DNA of 50,571 nt, taken from contig CAZAOA010000004.1 in assembly GCA_964486765.1 (NCBI GenBank), forward strand, positions 1 through 50,571, given 5' to 3'. Positions 8,157-14,835 of this stretch are shown piece after piece (position 1 is the first letter of the stretch; every line of letters begins with the position of its first letter). The notes beneath the pieces are model-generated. The model was not told the DNA's origin. It did no database searches and was given only the letters and a program-made list of their open reading frames with translations. A program made the position numbers and the translations under genes. This stretch comes from an uncultured Candidatus Saccharibacteria bacterium (GTDB lineage: Bacteria; Patescibacteriota; UBA1384; XYA2-FULL-43-10).

Positions 8157-8277
8157 CAAACGAGTGTAACCCGTAGGCTTAGCTATCTATCTAAAGAGAT
8201 CCTTCATTTTTATTCAGGATGACATTCATATCAGATAAACAATTAAGCCAAAAGGTGGTATTTGTAACTACAATAAT

Positions 8278-8317
8278 ATTATAGTGTAAGCATACACTAA
8301 TAATCAATACTTGTCAA
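8278..8317 (-). promoter_or_regulatory. Overlapping sigma70-type promoters for island B gene
   Basis: On minus: TTGATT(8307-8302)-18nt-TATAAT(8283-8278), and TTGACA(8317-8312)-17nt-TATGCT. Implies a 5' UTR of about 115 nt. Confidence 0.45.
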
Positions 8318-8393
8318 GCTTTTTATCCTCAACAATCCAAGCTGTCAACAACAGACATCGTGTTGTCGAAGCAAAATATTGATTTGACTATAC

Positions 8394-10376
8394 TCAAATT
8401 TTATCTATCAAATGCTCGGGTATATGTTCTATAAAGCGTGAGATTGGATTTGCCTGAAAGCGGCCATACAAATTTCGCTCGTAAGTATTTAATAAGTACA
8501 GATTCTTCTTTGCTCTAGTGATTCCAACATAACAAAGCCTCCTCTCCTCCTCCATCTGGTGTTGGTCATCGAGCGATCTAGAGTGAGGAAAGATCCCTTC
8601 CTCCATCCCAGTAATAAATACTGTGTCGAACTCCAAGCCCTTTGCCGAATGCAAAGTCATCAAAGTCAAAACCTTGTCGTCTCCCCCAACTTTGTCAGTA
8701 TCTTGGATAAGCGCCACTTTTTCAAGAAAAGCTTCGAGAGCTGCACCAGCTTCAGAAGCTTCAGAAACTTGAAATTGATTCTCAATTTCACTAGCTACAG
8801 TCATTAGCTCCTCTATGTTCTCCCAACGCCCTTCTCCTTCAGCAGAACCATCAAGCACCCATTTTTTGTATCCAACCTTCACCGCAACTTGCATAATCAG
8901 ATCATCTAGCCGAATATCTTCGGACTGTTGTTTCAGCTCACGCAGTATTTTGTAAAAATCCTTAACTTTTGGTGGCAGTAACTCATATTCTTCACTTGAT
9001 ACTGTATACTTGATACTTGATACTTTCTGCAATGTCTTTTCACCAATCCCCCTTGGAGGAGCTGCGATTATGCGTGCCATCGACTCCTTGTCGGCTGGAT
9101 TCACCATCAACCTTAAGTATGCGATTATGTCCTTAATCTCTTTTCGCTGATAAAACTGAACTCCACCCACAATCTTATATGGGATATCGAAACGAATGCA
9201 GGTTTCCTCTATAGCACGGGATTGAGCGTTGGTTCTATATAGTACCGCATAGTTATTCAAATCCCCATCTTTGCAAAGTGAACGAAGCTCAAGAGCTATA
9301 AACTCTCCTTCATCTTTTTCGTTCAATGCTTGATAAAGTGTAATTGGACGACCCGGTGCACCCTCTGTCCAAAGAGCCTTATCTGTTTTGTTTTTATTGA
9401 ATTTTATAACTTCGTTTGCCGCCTCTAAAATAGTTTGAGTTGAGCGATAGTTCTGCTCAAGTTTTATCACTTTAGCGCCGGGGTAGTGGCGCTCAAAGTT
9501 CAATATGTTTTTGAAGTTTGCTCCTCGCCAACCATAGATCGCCTGATAATCGTCGCCCACCACCATTATGTTTTTGTGTTTCGAAGCCAACAGTTTCACC
9601 CAGATGTATTGCGCCTGATTTGTGTCCTGATACTCATCAATCAAAATGTATTTGAAAGTCTCTTGGTATTTTTCTAAGATTTTAGGATTCTCTTTAAAAA
9701 GCCGAACGCATTGCATGATCAGATCGTCAAAATCAAGTGCATTGGCCTCTATTAAGTAGTCCTGATAGAGTTTGTAAATCTTGGCTGAAACTTCTGTAAT
9801 CGGCGAGTCAACGTATTTTGCATACTCTTTTGTATCCATCAGTTCATTTTTCGCCCCAGAGATAAAATAGCGGATCACTTCCGGTTTGAATTCTTTAGGG
9901 TCAATCTTTTGCTCTTTCATTAATCTTTTTACGACTGATTTGGAGTCAGAATCATCATAGATCACAAAATTGCGTGAATACCCTAAAACTTCCGCTTCTC
10001 TTCGCAATATCCGAACACAAACGCTGTGAAATGTCCCAAGCCAGGGAAGTCTGATAGGTTGTAGGTTGTAGCTTTTTAGCTTATTAGGTTTTTGGTTATT
10101 TTCAGCCAGAGGCTGATCGTCCTTTGGACGAGAATTTTGTTTGACATTAGTTAGCAATTTGCTTACTCTCCCCCCCATCTCACCCGCTGCCTTATTTGTA
10201 AATGTTACAGCAAGAACATTAAACGGTGAGACTTTCTTTTCCGATATTAGGTAAGCGATTCGGTGAGTCAGCGCTTTCGTTTTGCCACTCCCCGCTCCGG
10301 CGAGTACAAGAACAGGACCGTCAACAGTAGTTACGGCCTCTTTTTGAAACTGGTTTAATCCTTCTAGCATGTTCAT
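8394..10376 (-). CDS. pcrA: ATP-dependent DNA helicase PcrA/UvrD
   Basis: LNQFQKEAV...VLAGAGSGKTKALTHRIAYLI, TFTNKAAGEM, DEYQDTN, YRS, TLHSAKGLEF and VGITRAK motifs. True start is MNMLEGL at 10376. The 119 upstream codons of the track ORF are antisense read-through of island C. Confidence 0.9.
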   Translation of the reverse strand: MNMLEGLNQFQKEAVTTVDGPVLVLAGAGSGKTKALTHRIAYLISEKKVSPFNVLAVTFTNKAAGEMGGRVSKLLTNVKQNSRPKDDQPLAENNQKPNKLKSYNLQPIRLPWLGTFHSVCVRILRREAEVLGYSRNFVIYDDSDSKSVVKRLMKEQKIDPKEFKPEVIRYFISGAKNELMDTKEYAKYVDSPITEVSAKIYKLYQDYLIEANALDFDDLIMQCVRLFKENPKILEKYQETFKYILIDEYQDTNQAQYIWVKLLASKHKNIMVVGDDYQAIYGWRGANFKNILNFERHYPGAKVIKLEQNYRSTQTILEAANEVIKFNKNKTDKALWTEGAPGRPITLYQALNEKDEGEFIALELRSLCKDGDLNNYAVLYRTNAQSRAIEETCIRFDIPYKIVGGVQFYQRKEIKDIIAYLRLMVNPADKESMARIIAAPPRGIGEKTLQKVSSIKYTVSSEEYELLPPKVKDFYKILRELKQQSEDIRLDDLIMQVAVKVGYKKWVLDGSAEGEGRWENIEELMTVASEIENQFQVSEASEAGAALEAFLEKVALIQDTDKVGGDDKVLTLMTLHSAKGLEFDTVFITGMEEGIFPHSRSLDDQHQMEEERRLCYVGITRAKKNLYLLNTYERNLYGRFQANPISRFIEHIPEHLIDKI

Positions 10377-10410
10377 ATTACTGAAACAGTTTACCAAGAA
10401 AACATACCTT

Positions 10411-10448
10411 AGCCAAACATTGACACAATGGCTCTTTTTTGATAGAGT
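10411..10448 (+). promoter_or_regulatory. Cassette 1 promoter/hairpin module
   Basis: AGCCA-N13-TGGCT hairpin whose loop holds TTGACA (10420-10425), then a 17-nt spacer with T-run and TAGAGT (10443-10448). AAGGGAGG at 10475-10482. Confidence 0.5.
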
Positions 10449-10491
10449 TCTGGTGACAGAATACAGAAACCCACAAGGGAGGATGCTGGAC

Positions 10492-11028
10492 ATGAAAGTC
10501 ATCCGGAAAGTATATCCGTTCGTCCCGCTGGTCGTTGCACTGGCGCTTGTAGCCACTTTCCTCTGCCATCGGTTCAAGACCAATGGCGAACTCGAAGACG
10601 CTCGGATCGCCCGTATGAATGCTGAGCTGTCACGGGCAGAAGAATCATTCACCGTCCCAAAAGGTACGCTTCTGGCATCTACTGACGGCGAGAAGTGTCG
10701 AGTCGAAGTCTGGAGTACAGAAGCTATCCCCAACCCCTACAAGGTTCCGTATGCCGATAGTTACTCGCTCGATGGTGTAAGGGTTGTCATCTGTCCAAAA
10801 CAACCCGATGATCCAATGATCCGACGGAAGATCGAAGATGGCGTCGTTTACGATTACCAGCGATCAGGGGCCATAGAACGGCTCATAGACGATGAGCCCA
10901 TTCTCATTCCCGACATATTCACCCTGACTTCGGGTGACTCAGAAATCCAATGGGCGTTCATGCTCGCCATCCCCGACCAGAGTAAGTTTGAGTGGCGAGA
11001 AGAGCCGGCACGAGTGGCAAAGCTCTGA
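10492..11028 (+). CDS. Orphan N-terminally membrane-anchored protein (island C cassette 1)
   Basis: ATG 10492 lies 9 nt after GGAGG. Begins MKVIRKVYPFVPLVVALALVATFLCHRF followed by a soluble domain. GC-rich codons. No family recognised. Confidence 0.55.
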   Translation: MKVIRKVYPFVPLVVALALVATFLCHRFKTNGELEDARIARMNAELSRAEESFTVPKGTLLASTDGEKCRVEVWSTEAIPNPYKVPYADSYSLDGVRVVICPKQPDDPMIRRKIEDGVVYDYQRSGAIERLIDDEPILIPDIFTLTSGDSEIQWAFMLAIPDQSKFEWREEPARVAKL

Positions 11029-11048
11029 TCGTCACCAACACCGCAAGG

Positions 11049-11069
11049 CCGCCCCATACATTGGGGCGG
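11049..11069 (+). terminator. Cassette 1 terminator hairpin
   Basis: CCGCCCCA-TACAT-TGGGGCGG is an 8-bp GC stem 20 nt after the stop. The U-tract is weak. Confidence 0.45.
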
Positions 11070-11133
11070 TCGAATCATTTCTAAAACATTATTTGACTAT
11101 TTAGACCTAGATATTTTTTCGACAATATTCCAC

Positions 11134-11172
11134 GAGCCAAACATTGACACAATGGCTCTTATTTGATAGTTT
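11134..11172 (+). promoter_or_regulatory. Cassette 2 promoter/hairpin module
   Basis: GAGCCA-N13-TGGCTC hairpin, TTGACA 11144-11149, 17-nt spacer, TAGTTT 11167-11172. GGAGG at 11202-11206. Confidence 0.5.
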
Positions 11173-11212
11173 GAATAGGACGAAAATCTGCGACCACACA
11201 CGGAGGCATTCC

Positions 11213-11743
11213 ATGCATCGCAAAGGGTATACGCTGATTGAACTTCTGGTCGTGATCGTGCTCATCGTTTTATTGATAGCAATCGCTATGCCTTGTTATC
11301 AAAAGATAAGCCAGGTAAGCCGAAAAGCCGAAGCGGTCGACACAATCTTCCCACTTAAGGCCGGTGAGATCGCACATATAGCATCGTTGCTTGATGACGA
11401 AGTCATCGTTGTGTATCGGTATGAGAGTACAATCGAGTCACTCCGTGAATACAACGAACTCGTCGATCAAGGAACTGCAGGCCCTCTAGTGGCGCGTGTC
11501 ATAAGCCAACTTCCGATCGCTGGCTCTCCGCCAAACCTATACGTACTGGGAAGTGATGGACAGTCTCTGACGCTAACGCCAAACCCTCCAACCTCGATTC
11601 ATCTGCCCTGCACTTTCGAAGGGCATGAATTCACGAAAGAGATTGATGTGAAGATGAATCCGAAAGTTACGTACGTCGATCAGTCAAAAGCTCTTGCAAA
11701 GAGCGAGAGCTCCACCCGAACCGACCCTGACGCTACACGGTAG
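11213..11743 (+). CDS. Prepilin-type (class III signal peptide) protein, divergent body, C-terminal TRTDPD tail (cassette 2)
   Basis: MHRKG/YTLIELLVVIVLIVLLIAIAMP is a canonical N-methylation/cleavage motif with Glu+5. ATG 11213 lies 6 nt after GGAGG. The track start 11144 is the TTG of the -35 box. Confidence 0.7.
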   Translation: MHRKGYTLIELLVVIVLIVLLIAIAMPCYQKISQVSRKAEAVDTIFPLKAGEIAHIASLLDDEVIVVYRYESTIESLREYNELVDQGTAGPLVARVISQLPIAGSPPNLYVLGSDGQSLTLTPNPPTSIHLPCTFEGHEFTKEIDVKMNPKVTYVDQSKALAKSESSTRTDPDATR

Positions 11744-11787
11744 TTGTCAGGGGCTGTACAAATATTATTTCATTACATATAACAAAA

Positions 11788-11812
11788 AACCGCCATTATA
11801 TGGTGGTTTTTT
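11788..11812 (+). terminator. Cassette 2 rho-independent terminator
   Basis: AACCGCC-ATTATAT-GGTGGTT followed by TTTT. Confidence 0.65.
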
Positions 11813-11841
11813 GAAGTGTTAACTTTCGAAATGGAATTGAA

Positions 11842-11880
11842 GAGCCAAACACTGACACAATGGCTCTTTTTTGATAGTTT
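11842..11880 (+). promoter_or_regulatory. Cassette 3 promoter/hairpin module
   Basis: GAGCCA-N13-TGGCTC hairpin, CTGACA 11852-11857, 17-nt spacer, TAGTTT 11875-11880. GGAGG at 11909-11913. Confidence 0.45.
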
Positions 11881-11919
11881 GAATGGGACGAAAATCTGCG
11901 ACACACATGGAGGCATGCA

Positions 11920-12492
11920 ATGAGTCGCAAAGGGTTTAAGCTGATTGAAGTTCTGGTTGTGATCGCCGTCATCGCCGTCTTGGCTGCAATCCTTTTTCCT
12001 CAATTCGCAAAGGCAAAACGCAAAGCTGAATTGAAGAATGCCATGAGGAATGCCACAAAGGAGTCAATTCTTCCGCTAGAGCGCGGCGTGGTTGCCGCTT
12101 CGCACTCCTTGATGGATGGTTCCGTCAAGATCGAGTATCGGTATGACCGAACCATCACATCTCTGCAGAATTATGATGATCCTGAAACCGTGGTCATCCA
12201 CGAAACAGCCGTACCACTAGTGGTGTATGTCGACAGTCAGCTTCCGATCATTGAATCACACACGACGCCATCTAACCTTCGTCTGAGAATGGCCGACAAC
12301 CGATTCGTAGACATAGACATTGAGCCACTATCGATATCGGCGATCGATTTCCCATACATCCACAATGGCGAGGAACACACAAACAAGATCCCGGTCGAGG
12401 TTGCCCGAACCGAATACCTTGATCTGTCTGGATTAACAGACACAGAAGTCGATATCGCCCGACGTACCCGAACCGACCCTGACAATTCGTAG
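11920..12492 (+). CDS. Prepilin-type (class III signal peptide) protein, paralog of cassette 2 product (cassette 3)
   Basis: MSRKG/FKLIEVLVVIAVIAVLAAILFPQFAKAKRKA. Shares YRY..TI.SL..Y and SQLPI motifs and the RTRTDPD tail with the cassette 2 product. Confidence 0.7.
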   Translation: MSRKGFKLIEVLVVIAVIAVLAAILFPQFAKAKRKAELKNAMRNATKESILPLERGVVAASHSLMDGSVKIEYRYDRTITSLQNYDDPETVVIHETAVPLVVYVDSQLPIIESHTTPSNLRLRMADNRFVDIDIEPLSISAIDFPYIHNGEEHTNKIPVEVARTEYLDLSGLTDTEVDIARRTRTDPDNS

Positions 12493-12536
12493 TTGTCAGG
12501 GGCTGTACAAACATAATTACATTACATATAACAAAA

Positions 12537-12561
12537 AACCACCAGTATATGGTGGTTTTTT
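12537..12561 (+). terminator. Cassette 3 rho-independent terminator
   Basis: AACCACC-AGTATAT-GGTGGTT followed by TTTT. Confidence 0.65.
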
Positions 12562-12589
12562 GAATGGGCGAAAGATAGAGGTAAGCTTA
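12556..12589 (+). repeat. 34-nt direct repeat copy 1 (TTTTTGAATGGGCGAAAGATAGAGGTAAGCTTA)
   Basis: Exact repeat of 12694-12727 apart from its first base. Immediately followed by the GC hairpin 12589-12635, which is absent from copy 2. Confidence 0.85.
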
Positions 12590-12693
12590 CCTGCCCGCAA
12601 CGCCTCGCAAGCTCGGCTTGCGTGGCGGGCGAGGTCGGGAACAATATTTAAAATACTTGTTCACAATCAAAAAAACACTACTTGTTGTAATGT

Positions 12694-12727
12694 CTTTTTG
12701 AATGGGCGAAAGATAGAGGTAAGCTTA
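12694..12727 (+). repeat. 34-nt direct repeat copy 2
   Basis: CTTTTTGAATGGGCGAAAGATAGAGGTAAGCTTA. Followed by CGGGAACAAGTATTTTAAATATTG, the reverse complement of the palindrome that follows copy 1. Confidence 0.85.
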
Positions 12728-13012
12728 TCGGGAACAAGTATTTTAAATATTGCCCGGTTACATTTCTTTCGCCCGAAAGGAGCCTAGCAGGTTATGTATT
12801 ATCCCTTATGAAACAAATAGTCACACAAAAGAATTTTTCCTGCTTTACTCTCTTTACATTTTTGGCCCTACCCATTCAAAGTACAAAGAATGACTGAATA
12901 ATTTAGTAGGACTGAGCTGGGAGGAAGATGACGATAACAAAGTTTAACATTACGCATCATCTTCCTTATAGGAGGGCGGGAGCATTCCCTCCAAATCCCA
13001 TCTCACTCTTAC

Positions 13013-13037
13013 TAAAAAAAACGTCCACGGGGGACGT
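13013..13037 (-). terminator. Rho-independent terminator (minus strand), probably for dnaB
   Basis: Minus strand reads ACGTCC-CCCGT-GGACGT followed by TTTTTTTT. Confidence 0.6.
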
Positions 13038-13307
13038 CTTTGTCTTTCTAATAAGCCAAGCAGCTAATAAGCTACAAGCTAACAGGTCCCTCCGTATTTC
13101 AATTTTTTGTTGTTAATGAACTTTTGTTTTAACAAATTATATCATTATATCTCATATACAATATGTTGTCAAGTCTTTTTGTGGTCTGGTATAATTCACG
13201 CCATATATTTATCTAATATGCGAGTGGATATTTAGCATATTTAACCTAAATATTGATTAATATCTCATATACAATATTCAACATTCCAAATACAGTATTC
13301 TGCTTTA

Positions 13308-14741
13308 TCAGTCTATCGGCTCAAGATCCCTAGCACTGATTTCTCCAGCGCGTTTTTTCTCAAGATCCCTAAAGCGCATCTGCTCTGGATGGAAGAAAAG
13401 CTCACAAGCCCCAGTCGGACCATTTCTATGTTTTTTGATCAGAACTTCGGTTATCCCTTTTCTGTCTGTATCAGGTTCATAGTACTCTTCGCGATACAAA
13501 AAGGCTACCACATCGGCATCTTGCTCGATAGATCCACTCTCGCGTAAATCCGAGAGTTGCGGACGTTTGTCAGGACGATGTTCAACAGCACGAGAAAGCT
13601 GTGAAATCGCAATGACCGGTACGTCGAGTTCACGTGCCAATCCTTTAAGTGAACGAGATATTTCAGAGATCTCTTGGACTCGATTACTTTCCCCTGAACG
13701 AGATCGACCTTCCATGAGCTGCATATAGTCAATAATAATCAGCCCCAATCCATGTTCCATCTGAAGTCTTCTTGCTTTTGCTCGTATCTCCATCACATTT
13801 GCCCCAGCAGTATCGTCCAAAAACAGAGGTGCTTCCGCTAAAACCCCCATCGCATAACCTATCTTTGGAAAATCATCGTCACTTAAGTTTCCCGTTCGAA
13901 GTTTCCAAGAATCAACTCCTGCTTGCGAGGAAAGCAATCTGTCCACCAGCTGGTCCTTACTCATCTCTAAGGAAAATATCCCAACTGGGATCTTTTCCTC
14001 GATGGCAACATGCTCTGCAATATTTAATGCAAAAGAAGTTTTACCCATAGATGGACGAGCCGCTAGAACTATCAAATCAGAATTCTGAAAACCAGAAGTT
14101 AAGTTGTCAAGATCTCGAAAACCGGATGGGGTTCCGCGAAGAGCACCCTTTTCTTTATCTTTATGAATCTTATCGATCCTATCGAAGGCTTCGGTCAAAA
14201 CATCTTTAACTGGAACAAATTTATCTTTTAAGAATTTTTGTGAAACCGCAAAAAGTGCTTGCTCGGCCTTGTCCAATGTGTCAGAGATCTCTGCATCTTC
14301 CTCATCGTATCCCAACCCGCCGATGGTGCCAGAACATTCTATTAGGCGACGCAAGACTGCTTTATCTCTTGTAATTTGTGCGTAATGGACAACGTTGGTT
14401 GCAGATGGAGTCAGATTCACTACTTCTGCAAGATAGCTCGATCCCCCAACTTCATTAAGCTTGTCGTCGTTTTCCAAAACTTCAGAGAGCGTTACAATAT
14501 CGATCGGCTTTCTCTGTTCAAAGAGTGTGATCATCGCACCAAAGATAACGCCATGCCTATCCTCATAAAAATCTTCAGAGTAAACTACGTCGGCAATCTT
14601 TACGATGGCGTCTTTTTCTAAAAGAATCGCACCCAAAACTGAACGCTCCGCGTCTATATTTTGTGGAGGAATCCGAACATCCTTAGGGATGTTCACCTTC
14701 TTCTTATTCCTCCTATTATCTTTTCCCTCACTTTTTGCCAT
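13308..14741 (-). CDS. dnaB: Replicative DNA helicase DnaB
   Basis: PPQNIDAERSVLGAILL N-terminal motif, Walker A ARPSMGKTSFALN, IIDYMQLM, and SQLSR..E.R.DKRP..SDLRESG.IEQDAD. Confidence 0.95.
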   Translation of the reverse strand: MAKSEGKDNRRNKKKVNIPKDVRIPPQNIDAERSVLGAILLEKDAIVKIADVVYSEDFYEDRHGVIFGAMITLFEQRKPIDIVTLSEVLENDDKLNEVGGSSYLAEVVNLTPSATNVVHYAQITRDKAVLRRLIECSGTIGGLGYDEEDAEISDTLDKAEQALFAVSQKFLKDKFVPVKDVLTEAFDRIDKIHKDKEKGALRGTPSGFRDLDNLTSGFQNSDLIVLAARPSMGKTSFALNIAEHVAIEEKIPVGIFSLEMSKDQLVDRLLSSQAGVDSWKLRTGNLSDDDFPKIGYAMGVLAEAPLFLDDTAGANVMEIRAKARRLQMEHGLGLIIIDYMQLMEGRSRSGESNRVQEISEISRSLKGLARELDVPVIAISQLSRAVEHRPDKRPQLSDLRESGSIEQDADVVAFLYREEYYEPDTDRKGITEVLIKKHRNGPTGACELFFHPEQMRFRDLEKKRAGEISARDLEPID

Positions 14742-14835
14742 AATTAAATTTACTAGATTCTACTGTTCAATGATCATCAAATGATTAATTGTTTAAATGA
14801 AAATTAATTGGAAATTGTGAATTGATAATTGAAAA

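Noticed and set aside
10377-10733. N-terminal 119-codon extension of the pcrA ORF in the track (MGIASVLQTSTRHF...)
   Set aside because: The helicase homology begins at MNMLEGLNQFQKEAV (ATG 10376). The extension is GC-rich antisense read-through of cassette 1 and has no helicase motifs.
10405-12561. Integron cassette array or diversity-generating retroelement as explanation for the cassettes
   Set aside because: No intI-like or reverse transcriptase gene is present. I could not find attC-type RYYYAAC/GTTRRRY core pairs at the junctions. Each unit has its own promoter. Differences between units 2 and 3 are spread over all bases rather than confined to adenines.
1951-12561. Chimeric assembly or contaminating contig pieces as the source of the high-GC blocks
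   Set aside because: Each block sits precisely inside an intergenic gap with intact native genes on both sides. AT-rich promoters and leaders join smoothly to the GC-rich ORFs, and module sequences are shared between blocks. Read-level verification is still needed.
12556-12727. CRISPR array
   Set aside because: There are only two repeat copies and no regular spacer structure. The second flank is an inverted version of the first, and no cas genes are in the window.
12900-13046. Small RNA (SRP, 6S or tmRNA-like) in the dnaB-downstream spacer, with stems GGAAGATGA..TCATCTTCC and GGAGGG..CCCTCC
   Set aside because: Hairpins are real, but none of the SRP, tmRNA or RNase P signature sequences is present. 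The terminal hairpin is better explained as the dnaB terminator. It is left unannotated.
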